The position numbers and the translations under genes are program-made. DNA of 64,000 nt. Source: Deltaproteobacteria bacterium (GTDB lineage Bacteria; Desulfobacterota; Syntrophia; Syntrophales; UBA2192). The stretch lies in NCBI GenBank assembly GCA_012728915.1, contig JAAYEC010000040.1, positions 42,617 through 106,616 of the forward strand, in the 5' to 3' direction. Numbering within the stretch: position 1 is the stretch's first letter; every line of letters starts with the position of its first letter. This document shows, one piece after another, positions 28,834 through 37,858 of this stretch. Below the pieces are notes generated by a model that saw nothing but the letters and a program-made list of their open reading frames with translations, was not told the origin of the DNA and did no database searches.

Positions 28834-29667
28834 TTACTTCAGGTAGCCCGGAAGGTCGGTGTCGTCCTTGCCCTTGAAGCTGCAGGCGCCGACCGGACAG
28901 GTCTTGCAGGGGCTCTTGATGCCGGGAAGGGCCGGCTCGCCCTTGATCTTCGTCTCGATGAAGTCCATGCACTTGCCCACTTCCGCATCGGGCCCCTCGA
29001 CGATCAGCGTGACGCTGCCCTCGGCCCCTCCCCAGCCGCCGGAGGCGAAGTGGACGGCCGCCACGTCGAAGAGGGCCTCCAGCGCGTCGATCTCCGTGAA
29101 GACCCGGCCGTCGGCGACGCAGGCCAGGCCGGCCTTGCAGCCGATCGATTTGCCGATCATCATCGTGCCGCCGTAACGCGCCGCCTCCTCCACGGAGGGG
29201 ACAAGCTTCTCGAGGCCCACCGTGTAGATGATTTCAAGACCGCGGGCCTTCATGCCCATGTAGAAGGAGCCCATGGTCCCGCCCGCCGGATTGACCATGA
29301 TGACGCCCACGTTTCCGAAGGCGTCGAGCGCGTTGCCTCCCTTGATGACGATGTCGCCGGGGCCCAGCTTGTCCGCCACGGACGTGGGCTCCACGGCCAG
29401 GGCCTCCCCCTTGTGGAGGGTGACGGGCCTGGCGCGGTCTCCGGCGTCGAGAACGCACAAGGTGCCCCGGATGGTCTGTCCCGCCAGGTAGCGCTCCTTT
29501 TCGATCTTCTCGCCCGTGATCTCCTCGAGGCAGTAAGCCGTCGTGGAGCCGCGGCTCACGAGGACATAGCCGTTCGCCTTCGCGTTCTGCACCTCGGGCA
29601 AGGCCGCAATGCCCTTCCCGATGAGCCTCTTCGATTCCGCCGGTGTGAGAGTAAACAAAGCCTGCAT
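28834..29667 (-). CDS. Conserved hypothetical protein with a C-terminal CxxCxxxxC motif
   Basis: 277 aa with globular-looking composition. It ends …PCKTCPVGACSFKGKDD…. It is the first gene of a tightly packed four-gene minus-strand operon. I do not recognise the family. Confidence 0.7.
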   Translation of the reverse strand: MQALFTLTPAESKRLIGKGIAALPEVQNAKANGYVLVSRGSTTAYCLEEITGEKIEKERYLAGQTIRGTLCVLDAGDRARPVTLHKGEALAVEPTSVADKLGPGDIVIKGGNALDAFGNVGVIMVNPAGGTMGSFYMGMKARGLEIIYTVGLEKLVPSVEEAARYGGTMMIGKSIGCKAGLACVADGRVFTEIDALEALFDVAAVHFASGGWGGAEGSVTLIVEGPDAEVGKCMDFIETKIKGEPALPGIKSPCKTCPVGACSFKGKDDTDLPGYLK

Positions 29668-30023
29668 CGCTGAAACTCCTTTCCTGCGTTTGATTCCTTG
29701 TGGAAAACGAACCGTGGATTCCGGTTCCAGAGGGTTGAACGATCATCTACCATAAATTGCCCTTGGCGAACAGGCGGAAGTTCGGCGTGGACGGGTCCCC
29801 GACACCCGTCGGTGATAACCCGTTGCGTCCCCTCGGATTTTCTGGTAATTTGACGCTTCGCAGTCCGGACCCGTCCGTGAAGGAGGAGCCCCGGCGGGGG
29901 ACCGTCGGGAAAGTGAGGGGCTGCCGCCTTCTTTTTCCCCGTGCATCAGAACGTTGAAATTTCGTGGTTTTGGCGGAACGGGAGGGACCTTTGCGTTCCG
30001 AGGCTGCCGCGAATATGCCAAAA

Positions 30024-30039
30024 TGGCATCTTGATTGCA
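30024..30039 (+). promoter_or_regulatory. Sigma-54 type -24/-12 promoter candidate upstream of pgaA
   Basis: TGGCAT-CTTGA-TTGCA matches the consensus TGGCAC-N5-TTGCW with correct GG/GC spacing. It lies about 100 nt upstream of the pgaA ATG. Confidence 0.4.
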
Positions 30040-30138
30040 TGCTTTGCGGTATAATGCCAACGCGCATGATCGAGCAGGTCTTCACGTGAGACACAGAACC
30101 GCGAACCGAATCAAAGAGCGTCCGACATCGGGAACCTT

Positions 30139-32463
30139 ATGCCGAAAAGAGCTGGACTAGCAGCCCTTGTTATAACCCTCGTTCTTGCAATCCTGCCGTT
30201 TCCCGTTTCTGCCGCTTCCCCGGAATCCCCCGTCCCTGCGGACCCTGCGGTCCAGGCGAGGGAAGACTACCGGGAGGCCCTGGAACGGATCCGTGAGGGC
30301 CGCAACGGCGAGGCGCTCCCCCTTCTGGAGAAGGCCCTGCAGGCACTGCCCGGCGACCGGCATCTCCAGGCCGACTACGCCCTGTGCCTGGTCTGGACGG
30401 GGGTGTACCAGAAGGCCGTGGAGTTCTACGCCCCCCGCGGGACGGAACTCCGGCAGATCCGCTACCTTCCCCGCCACATGGCCAAGGCCTACTACGAACT
30501 GAGGGAATACCCGAAGGCGCTCGAGCTGTACCGGCTCGGCCTGTCCTACGACCGGGCGGACGAGGAGGCCTTCAAGGGCGTCGTCTACACGCAGATGCGG
30601 CTGGGCGACGGCGCCGGCGCCTACGCGTCGTGGCTGGAGGCGAAGAAGACGGGGCAGCTCCCCGCGCCGGCGCTGGATGCCGTCAAGACGGCCCTCCTGG
30701 AGCAGTACGGCGCAAGCCTCGAGGCCCTTGCGGTTGCCAGGGAAGGCTCCGCGGGGCGTCCGGATCAGCTTCGCTCCCTCGAGCTCGACCGGGCCGTGAC
30801 GAAGCTCCGCTGGGGGCTCGTCGACGAGGCCATCGCCGAGATCGAGGCGGTCCTCCTGAAGGATCCCGGCAATCTCCGGGCCCGCGGGGACTACATTTCC
30901 GCCCTCCGGCAGAAGGACCGGATGCAGGACGCCCTGAGGCAGTTCGACATCTACCGGCAGTCCGGTGAGCCCGTCCCCTGGTGGGTGAACCAGGCCGTGG
31001 CCGACGCGCACCTCTACCTGCACAGGCCCGAGGAGGCCGAAATCTATTACCGCAAAGTCCTCGAGGCCGAACCCGAAAGCTTCACGGCCACGATGGGGCT
31101 CTACTACGTCTACACGGATCTCCGGCAGTGGGAGAAGGCCGAGCAGACCATCGAGCGGCTCGATGCCATCGTGGAAAAGGAAAAGAAGGCCCTGGCATGG
31201 GACGAATCGATCCTGGCCCGCCAGCGCTACCTGGCCGATTCCAACAGCCTCATCTCCACGAAAGGCTGGTTCCTCCTCTACAGGGACCGGCTGAAGGAAG
31301 GCCAGGCCTACTTCGATTACTACCTGGCCGAGGCGGCCTCCGATACGGGCCTGCGCTCGGGACTGGCCCACACCTATCTCTGGCGGCACTGGCCGCGCCG
31401 GGCCTTGGAGCAGTTCGAGGTCAACCGGACCCTGGATCCCCTCGATACCAAAAACCTCGTCGGGCTGGGATGGACGCTCAACGAGCTGAACCACAAGCAT
31501 GAAGCCCGGGCCCTGGCCGGCGAGTTGCATCGGAAATACCCGACCAACCCGATCGTCTACGACCTCTGGGAGACGCTGAAGGTGGAGGACATGTGGCGCC
31601 TCCAGCCCGAGTTTCGCTTCATCAGGGAATTCGACGGCGCCACGGAATACTGGGCCTCGCTCACGCTGGAAAAGCCCGTCACGCCGCTCTTCAGCCTCTA
31701 CGCCCAGATCCTGCGCGAGGAAGTGTGGAGCGACGACCACGACACCAGGCACCGGGAGGACTGGGACCGCCTGGGCTTCGGGTTCCGGTGGATCGTCCTG
31801 CCCGAGCTCATCTGGTGGCAGGGCCTGACGTTCGATTACGCAAACGGCGACGATTTCGGTATCGACACGCGGCTGATGTGGTGGCCCACGGATCCCCTGC
31901 GCATCACGGCGGCATACAACAGCTTCAGCCTGGGCGTGCCCATCCGGGCGCGGGCCCAGGGGATCACGGCCGACAGCGCATCGCTGGACGTTCTCTACCT
32001 CGAGAGCGACCTGCGGGAATACGGCGCGTCGGTGGGGACCCAGTGGTTCTCGGACAACAACGTCTATGTATCCGGGACGGCCCGCTACGACCAGAACGTC
32101 CACCTGACGCCCGATTGGAAGGTCCGCGCAGGCCTGGCGCTGGGGTTCGGCGCCTACTCCAAGCAGGACGTGGTCTACTACAGCCCGCAGTACGAGTGGA
32201 GCGCCCTGCTGACCTCGGCCATCCAGTGGGTCAACTGCATCCGATACGAGAAGAAGTGGACCTCCGCCGTCTACCTGCGGGCCGGGTTCAGCGGTGAACA
32301 CGGATACAGCGCCTACCCCGTGGCGGGCATCACCTTCGAGCAGCTCTACGAGCACTCGAAGACCTTCAACGTCGCGGGCGGCGTTTCCTACGATCTCAGA
32401 GTCTATGATGGGGATTACACTCATGTTGTTGGGGCTTATGTCACGCTCAACTGGTACTTCTGA
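30139..32463 (+). CDS. pgaA: Poly-beta-1,6-N-acetylglucosamine export porin PgaA (TPR domain plus C-terminal beta-barrel)
   Basis: Signal peptide, TPR-like N-terminal half, and a beta-strand-rich C-terminus ending …YVTLNWYF. First gene of the pgaABCD order. Confidence 0.85.
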   Translation: MPKRAGLAALVITLVLAILPFPVSAASPESPVPADPAVQAREDYREALERIREGRNGEALPLLEKALQALPGDRHLQADYALCLVWTGVYQKAVEFYAPRGTELRQIRYLPRHMAKAYYELREYPKALELYRLGLSYDRADEEAFKGVVYTQMRLGDGAGAYASWLEAKKTGQLPAPALDAVKTALLEQYGASLEALAVAREGSAGRPDQLRSLELDRAVTKLRWGLVDEAIAEIEAVLLKDPGNLRARGDYISALRQKDRMQDALRQFDIYRQSGEPVPWWVNQAVADAHLYLHRPEEAEIYYRKVLEAEPESFTATMGLYYVYTDLRQWEKAEQTIERLDAIVEKEKKALAWDESILARQRYLADSNSLISTKGWFLLYRDRLKEGQAYFDYYLAEAASDTGLRSGLAHTYLWRHWPRRALEQFEVNRTLDPLDTKNLVGLGWTLNELNHKHEARALAGELHRKYPTNPIVYDLWETLKVEDMWRLQPEFRFIREFDGATEYWASLTLEKPVTPLFSLYAQILREEVWSDDHDTRHREDWDRLGFGFRWIVLPELIWWQGLTFDYANGDDFGIDTRLMWWPTDPLRITAAYNSFSLGVPIRARAQGITADSASLDVLYLESDLREYGASVGTQWFSDNNVYVSGTARYDQNVHLTPDWKVRAGLALGFGAYSKQDVVYYSPQYEWSALLTSAIQWVNCIRYEKKWTSAVYLRAGFSGEHGYSAYPVAGITFEQLYEHSKTFNVAGGVSYDLRVYDGDYTHVVGAYVTLNWYF

Positions 32464-32467
32464 AATA

Positions 32468-32502
32468 CAGGCATCAGGCACCAGGCATCAGGCGTCAGGT
32501 AT
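32468..32502. repeat. Tandem heptamer CAGGCRY x5 at the pgaA/pgaB junction
   Basis: CAGGCAT CAGGCAC CAGGCAT CAGGCGT CAGGTAT. The last unit overlaps the pgaB ATG at 32501. Confidence 0.7.
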
Positions 32503-34486
32503 GGCGGTCTTGATGCTCGTGGTTGTCGCAGCAATTGCGCTGGCTGTGTCGCCCGCGCAGGCGGCGGAGACGTTCATCACGCTGTGCTACCACGATGTCC
32601 CCGAGGTGCCTGTCGAGAAGGACGACATCTCCCGGAAGGACTTCGTCAACCAGATCGAGTACCTGCGCACCCACGGGTTTGCCTTCGTGAGCCCGCAGGA
32701 CATCCTCGCGGCCTCGCGCGGCGCAAAGCGCCTCCCCGAAAAGGCCGTGCTCATCACCTTCGACGACGCCTACGAGAGCTTCTACCGGCTCGTCTACCCC
32801 GTGCTCAGGCTCTACGACATCCCCGCGGTGCTCTCCGTCGTCACCTCCTGGATCGACAGCCCCGAGACGTCGGCGTACAAGACGAAGCGGTTCATGAGCT
32901 GGCAGCAGATCCGCGAGGTGGCCGACTCGGGCCTCGTGACGGTGGCCTCCCACAGCGCCCGCCTGCACCGGATGCTCCAGGTGAACCCCGTCGGGAACAT
33001 CGAGCCGGCGCCGGCGGCGTTCCTCTACCTCCCCGAGAGCGGACGCTACGAGACGGAGGCCGAGTTCCGCGCCCGCATCCGCGAGGACCTTGCCGCGAGC
33101 ATCGATGCCCTGACGGCCCGGCTGGGGAAGAAGCCCGCGATCCTGACCTGGCCCTACGGAAGCTACAACGAGATCGGCATCGAGGAGGCGAAGAAACTCG
33201 GCTTCGAGATGCTGCTCACCCTCGACGAGGGCTACTCGCAGGCGGGCAGGCTCGACCGGGTGAACCGCTACTACATGGAGGCCCACCTGGACTGGCTCGA
33301 GTCGTTCAAGGCATCCATGGCGCGCGGGATGCGCGAGGGGTTCCGCATCCGCGGCGTCCAGGTCGACCTCGACCCCGTCGTCAACAGGGATTCCATGGAG
33401 GAGAGCAACAGGAACCTGGGGCTCCTGCTCGACCGGCTCGTGCGGATGGGGGTCAACACCGTCTTTTTGCAGGGCTTCAGCGATGCCGGGGCCACCGGCA
33501 ACGTGAAGTCCGTTTACTTCGCCAACTCCGCGCTGCCCGTCGACCTCGACTTCCTCGGCCACGCCGTCAACCGGATCCGATCGCGGGGGATGAAGGTCTT
33601 CGTCTGGATGCCGGCGCTGGCCTACGAGCTTCCCGACCCGGCGCTCAACGAGGCGCTGAAGGTCCGGCAGTGGAAGGGAGACGGGCCGGAGGTCACCTCG
33701 TCGTGGTATCGCAGGCTCTCGCCCTTCGACCCGCGGAGCCTGGAGGCGGTGCAGAGGATCTTCGCGGATCTCGCGGCGCACGTGCAGTTCGACGGGATCC
33801 TGCTCCAGGACGACGCCTACCTGGCCGAGACGGAGGACTTCCACCCCGCCGCCGTCGAGGCGTTCCGCAAGCGCTGGGGCGTCTCCCCGGATCCGCAGGT
33901 CCTGAAGGCCGATCGGGATCTCGGCGCGAAGTGGACGGCCTTCAAGACGGAAGCCCTCGACCGATACATCGACGGGATTGTCCGGACCGTCCGGACCTAC
34001 CGTCCCGGTGCCGCGATTGCCCGCAACCTGTACAGCTCCGTCGTCACGAACCCGGAGGCGCAGACGTGGTTTGCCCAGGATCTCGCTCGATCGCTCGCGG
34101 CATACGACTACACGGTCGTGATGGCCTACGCCGCCATGGAGGGCAAGGAGGACAGCCGCACCTGGTACCGGGAGCTCTTCCGGGCCGCCGGAGGCCGGGA
34201 AAGCGCCCCCCGGGTGATCTACAAGCTGCAGGCCTATGACTGGAAGAGGGAGGCCTGGCTGGGCGACGGGGCCCTCAAGGACGAGATTACGTTCCTCCTG
34301 GCCCTGGGGGCCCAGCACGTGGCCTATTACCCGGACAACGTGTACCGCAACAAGCCGGATGCGGATACGGTGGCCTCGATCCTCTCGGCGAAGGATGAAG
34401 TGAAGCGCCGGGAGGAGCCGCCCGAGATCGCCCCCGAGGGCGCTGTCGAGAGGCTGTTCAGGAAGCTGTTCAGCCCCAACCCGTAA
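32501..34486 (+). CDS. pgaB: Poly-beta-1,6-N-acetylglucosamine N-deacetylase PgaB
   Basis: ATG at 32501 (MAVLMLVVVAAIALAVSPAQA signal peptide). …FITLCYHDV…VLITFDDAYESFY… polysaccharide deacetylase domain plus a C-terminal glycoside-hydrolase-like domain. The listed start at 32294 lies inside pgaA. Confidence 0.9.
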   Translation: MAVLMLVVVAAIALAVSPAQAAETFITLCYHDVPEVPVEKDDISRKDFVNQIEYLRTHGFAFVSPQDILAASRGAKRLPEKAVLITFDDAYESFYRLVYPVLRLYDIPAVLSVVTSWIDSPETSAYKTKRFMSWQQIREVADSGLVTVASHSARLHRMLQVNPVGNIEPAPAAFLYLPESGRYETEAEFRARIREDLAASIDALTARLGKKPAILTWPYGSYNEIGIEEAKKLGFEMLLTLDEGYSQAGRLDRVNRYYMEAHLDWLESFKASMARGMREGFRIRGVQVDLDPVVNRDSMEESNRNLGLLLDRLVRMGVNTVFLQGFSDAGATGNVKSVYFANSALPVDLDFLGHAVNRIRSRGMKVFVWMPALAYELPDPALNEALKVRQWKGDGPEVTSSWYRRLSPFDPRSLEAVQRIFADLAAHVQFDGILLQDDAYLAETEDFHPAAVEAFRKRWGVSPDPQVLKADRDLGAKWTAFKTEALDRYIDGIVRTVRTYRPGAAIARNLYSSVVTNPEAQTWFAQDLARSLAAYDYTVVMAYAAMEGKEDSRTWYRELFRAAGGRESAPRVIYKLQAYDWKREAWLGDGALKDEITFLLALGAQHVAYYPDNVYRNKPDADTVASILSAKDEVKRREEPPEIAPEGAVERLFRKLFSPNP

Positions 34487-34548
34487 CCCGTTGCATGTAA
34501 ACGCCAGCTGGGGGGCCGATCCGCGCGCCCGCCTCGCCGATACAGGAT

Positions 34549-35865
34549 ATGTCGATATACGAGATCATCGGACTCTTTGTCTTCCTCTACCCGCTCTACA
34601 TGAGTATCGTGTGGATGATCGGGGGCACCATCTTCAGCCTGCGCCGCGAGGGCAGGGCGGAGCCGCAGCTCGAGGTCTGCCCTTTCTTCACCGTCATCGT
34701 CCCCGGTCACAACGAGGAGCAGGTCATCGAGGAGACGGTCCTCAACCTCAAGGATCTGAACTACCCGAGCTACGAGGTCATCGTCGTCAACGACGGCAGC
34801 TCCGACGCCACGCGGGAGATCCTGGACCGGCTCGTGGCGGGGAACGCGGACTGGCTGCGCATCATCCACCTGGAGCCCAACAGCGGCAAGTCCAAGGCCC
34901 TCAATGCGGCCATCCTGGTGAGCCGGGGCGAGTTCATCCTCACGATCGACGCCGATTGCCTCGTCGACAAGGACGTGCTGAAGTGGATGGCGCATCACCT
35001 GGTGAACTTCCCCCGCGTGGGGGCCGTCACGGGCAACCCCCGCGTGCGCAACCGCACGTCGCTCCTCGCGAAGATCCAGGTCGGCGAATACTCCAACATC
35101 ATCGGGCTTATCAAGCGCACCCAGCGCATCCTCGGGAAGGTTCTCACTGTTTCCGGCGTGATCGCCGCCTACCGCAAGAGCGCCATCATGGAGTGCGGGC
35201 TCTTCGACAGCGACACCGTCACCGAGGATATCGACATCACCTGGAAGCTCCAGCGCAAGTTCTGGGACATCCGTTACGAGCCCCGGGCCCTGTGCTGGAT
35301 CCTTGTCCCCGAAACCCTCAAGGGGTTGTGGCGGCAGCGGGTCCGCTGGGCGCAGGGCGGGGTCGAGGTGCTCCGGAAGCATCTCGACATCTGGAAGGAT
35401 CGCCGTAACCGCCGCCTCGTCCCCGTCTACATCGAGTACGTCTTGAGCCTGCTGTGGGCGCACACCTTCATGGCCATGGTGTTCCTGTGGCTCTTCTTCG
35501 TCGTCATGGACGGCGTGTGCCGCTACGCCCAGCTGCCCGTCTGTCCGCCCGTGATGGAGGTCTACCAGCGCTTCTTCGCCGGCTGGAACCCGCTGTACCC
35601 GCGCTGGTACGGCGCCATCCTGGGCCTTGCGTGCCTGACGACTTTCCTGACGAGCTTCTTTATCGACCTGCGCTACGAGAACAGAGCCTTCGTCAAGTAC
35701 TACTTCTTCGTGATCTGGTACCCCGTGGGGTACTGGATTCTCGCGTCGCTTGCGGCCATCAAGGGCGTCTACAACTTCACATTCCGCAGCAAGGAGGTGA
35801 CGGTCAGATGGAAAAGCCCGGACAGGGGCCTCCACACCCTGAAGTCTTCGTCGAAGACAAAGTAA
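34549..35865 (+). CDS. pgaC: Poly-beta-1,6-N-acetylglucosamine synthase PgaC (GT2)
   Basis: FTVIVPGHNEE…VVNDGSSD…TIDADC…QRVRWAQGG (QxxRW). Confidence 0.9.
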   Translation: MSIYEIIGLFVFLYPLYMSIVWMIGGTIFSLRREGRAEPQLEVCPFFTVIVPGHNEEQVIEETVLNLKDLNYPSYEVIVVNDGSSDATREILDRLVAGNADWLRIIHLEPNSGKSKALNAAILVSRGEFILTIDADCLVDKDVLKWMAHHLVNFPRVGAVTGNPRVRNRTSLLAKIQVGEYSNIIGLIKRTQRILGKVLTVSGVIAAYRKSAIMECGLFDSDTVTEDIDITWKLQRKFWDIRYEPRALCWILVPETLKGLWRQRVRWAQGGVEVLRKHLDIWKDRRNRRLVPVYIEYVLSLLWAHTFMAMVFLWLFFVVMDGVCRYAQLPVCPPVMEVYQRFFAGWNPLYPRWYGAILGLACLTTFLTSFFIDLRYENRAFVKYYFFVIWYPVGYWILASLAAIKGVYNFTFRSKEVTVRWKSPDRGLHTLKSSSKTK

Positions 35866-36278
35866 AATCGCCTCTCCGAAGGACTGTCGAGAACGTCATC
35901 ACCGTCGTCTGCTGGGGGATCTACCTGTACCTGCTGCTCCCGCTGTTCACCATGGTGCTGTGGGTCTTCGGCGTCCAGACCCTCTATGCCCAGATCATCG
36001 GGGAGAAGGGCTACGAGGAACTTGCCCGGCTTTTGCAGAACGGCGGCATCACCGTTCTGGTCATCTTCCTGATCGTCTCGGGCTGGACCTACTACAACTA
36101 CCTCTGGTTCCTGCGGCGGGGAGAGCGGCGGGGAGGGCAGGTGAAGATCAGCAGCGACGCGGAGATGGCCGGGATGCTGGACACGGACCGCGCCTCCCTG
36201 GAGGAGATCCGCAAGGCCCGCCGGATGGAGATCCGCGTCGACGGCCCCCTCTACCGGATTACCGCAAAAGAGCAATAG
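35808..36278 (+). CDS. pgaD: PgaD biofilm PGA synthesis auxiliary protein
   Basis: ATG at 35808 sits 10 nt after AAGGAGG. 156 aa with two TM helices (VITVVCWGIYLYLLLPLF; ITVLVIFLIVSGWTYYNYLWF). It overlaps the pgaC 3' end by 58 nt. Confidence 0.8.
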   Translation: MEKPGQGPPHPEVFVEDKVKSPLRRTVENVITVVCWGIYLYLLLPLFTMVLWVFGVQTLYAQIIGEKGYEELARLLQNGGITVLVIFLIVSGWTYYNYLWFLRRGERRGGQVKISSDAEMAGMLDTDRASLEEIRKARRMEIRVDGPLYRITAKEQ

Positions 36279-36303
36279 GCGCCAGGCACAGGCGGTCACG
36301 AAG

Positions 36304-36332
36304 AAGCCCTGCATCAAGCGGGGCTTTTTTTT
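36304..36332 (+). terminator. Intrinsic terminator of the pga operon
   Basis: 9-bp stem AAGCCCTGC/GCGGGGCTT (one G-U pair), 5-nt loop ATCAA, followed by a run of T's. Confidence 0.7.
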
Positions 36333-36613
36333 GCGGTCAAAGAGGGGTTGCAAAACCGGGGCCGCTGATTTAAGGTCTGCAACGATCGCAACGGATGCAG
36401 CGATCGTTCTGCGGCGGGTCGCCACCGGATGCGCCGCGGATTGCAGCGGACATCATGCGGGCCGAGCCGCGGGCAGGAGTTAGGAGGCCCTGAAGCTGAA
36501 ACGTTCGGTGAAGCGGAAGGGCCTCAGCTTCACGTCGTCGGGCTGTCTCAGAGACCCTTCGCTGCCGCCGCGTCGAGTTGCGGAAAAATGTTTCAGCCGG
36601 AGAAAGTCCCTGC

Positions 36614-37783
36614 ATGAGAAGACGTCCACCCTCCATTGTTACCGAACTGATCGTCATGACCATTGCCGTTGCGCTTGTTGCGGGCGGGCTCGAAGGCTAC
36701 CTGCGGGTGACGACCCAGGAGCGCTCCAAGCTCTACGAGGGCATCGAGACGGTTCCGGAGATCGCCGACACCTATTACAAGCACCTGTTCCTGGAAAAAT
36801 ACGCGGCGAGGGGCGCCTTCGGCGGCACCGGCTACGACCCGCAACTGGGCTGGGACTGCCAGGCCATGGCCTCGCGCATCCGCGGCTCGCGCAAGGCCGA
36901 TCCCGGGCCGGCCAGGGCCTTCCGGGTCATCGCCCTGGGTGACGGCTTTACCCGGGGCATCGAGGCGGGGGAGCAGGAGCACTTCCCGCACTATCTGGAG
37001 AAGATCCTCCGGGGCCGCGGGCCGGCGGAGGTCTTCAACATGGGCGTGGGCAGCTACGGGATCGACCAGATGCTGCTCAAGTACGAGCGCCACGGACAGG
37101 CGCTGCGGCCCGATGTGGTGGTCCTGGGGATCTTTCCCCACGACTACGACCGCACGCGGCTCTCCTTCTACTCCTATGCGAAGCCGGTCTTCCGGCCGGG
37201 CGGGGCGACGGGGCCGTACACCCTCGAGAACGTCCCCGTGCCCCCGCCACGGGAGGTCTGCGCCTCCCTTAAGCAATCTCTCGGCGACCCCGGGAGTTAC
37301 GCCTGGGTGTTCGTGAAGAACCGCTTTCGCAAGCTCCTGGCGACCCTGCCCGGGGGCGGTGGCTATTTCGAGGAGACGGACCGGCTCGTGGAGTATCTGC
37401 TCGAGCGCCTGAAGGGGGATCTGGACAGGACGGGCACGAAGCTTCTCATCGTCTGCATCCCCGGCGGAAGCGCGTTCGAGAACGCAGAGACCCTCTCGCG
37501 CGCCGGGAGCGAGCCCCGGGCCGCGCGCCTGAGGGCCCTGTACAAAAGACTCGAGATCCCCTGCGTGGATCTGCTCGAGGCGTTCCCCGCGAAACACTCG
37601 GCGACGACGGTCTACCGGGAGTTCTACATCCACCGGCCCGACGGCTCCATCGGCCACTTCACGCCCCGGGGCAACGCCGAGACGGCGAAGATCATCGCCG
37701 GGGCGCTGAGGGACAGGGGGATGATGCAGGGCGGCGACAGAACGATCGTCCGCAACGCCGTTGAGAAGCGCACCGGTCTGTGA
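36614..37783 (+). CDS. SGNH/GDSL-like hydrolase-fold protein with GDG in place of GDS; N-terminal membrane anchor
   Basis: ATG at 36614 follows GGAGAAAG. One TM helix. Block I VIALGDGFTRG, block II NMGVGSYG, block V-like DGSIGHFTPRGN. Confidence 0.6.
   Translation: MRRRPPSIVTELIVMTIAVALVAGGLEGYLRVTTQERSKLYEGIETVPEIADTYYKHLFLEKYAARGAFGGTGYDPQLGWDCQAMASRIRGSRKADPGPARAFRVIALGDGFTRGIEAGEQEHFPHYLEKILRGRGPAEVFNMGVGSYGIDQMLLKYERHGQALRPDVVVLGIFPHDYDRTRLSFYSYAKPVFRPGGATGPYTLENVPVPPPREVCASLKQSLGDPGSYAWVFVKNRFRKLLATLPGGGGYFEETDRLVEYLLERLKGDLDRTGTKLLIVCIPGGSAFENAETLSRAGSEPRAARLRALYKRLEIPCVDLLEAFPAKHSATTVYREFYIHRPDGSIGHFTPRGNAETAKIIAGALRDRGMMQGGDRTIVRNAVEKRTGL
37661..37736 (+). repeat. 76-bp direct repeat, copy 1 (inside the 3' end of the SGNH-like gene)
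   Basis: Matches 43496..43571 in 73 of 76 positions. The perfect core is 56 nt: GACGGCGAAGATCATCGCCGGGGCGCTGAGGGACAGGGGGATGATGCAGGGCGGCG (37681..37736). Confidence 0.9.
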
Positions 37784-37858
37784 TACGCTGCCTTCCGAAA
37801 CGGGCCGCGGCGCCCCGGCCCCGCCTCGCAGGGACGCTGCCAACGCGAAAGGATGACC

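Noticed and set aside
30031-30055. Sigma-70 promoter TTGATT … TATAAT upstream of pgaA.
   Set aside because: The spacer is only 13 nt, outside the 16-18 nt range. The TTGATT also overlaps the better-fitting sigma-54 -12 element.
32468-32502. Heptamer repeats as CsrA binding sites, by analogy with the E. coli pgaA leader.
   Set aside because: CsrA sites need a GGA core, usually in a hairpin loop. The repeats carry AGGC/AGGT instead, and they lie between pgaA and pgaB rather than in the operon leader.
35808-35865. The 58-nt pgaC/pgaD overlap as evidence of a frameshift or gene fusion.
   Set aside because: pgaD has its own strong SD (AAGGAGG) and ATG, and a normal two-TM product. pgaC retains all GT2 motifs upstream. 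The overlap is most simply a C-terminal extension of pgaC.
36488-36535. Inverted repeat TGAAGCTGA … TCAGCTTCA upstream of the SGNH-like gene, considered as a riboswitch or terminator.
   Set aside because: It has a 9-bp stem but a 24-nt loop and no U tract, and it bears no resemblance to any riboswitch class I know. There is not enough evidence to call it a feature.
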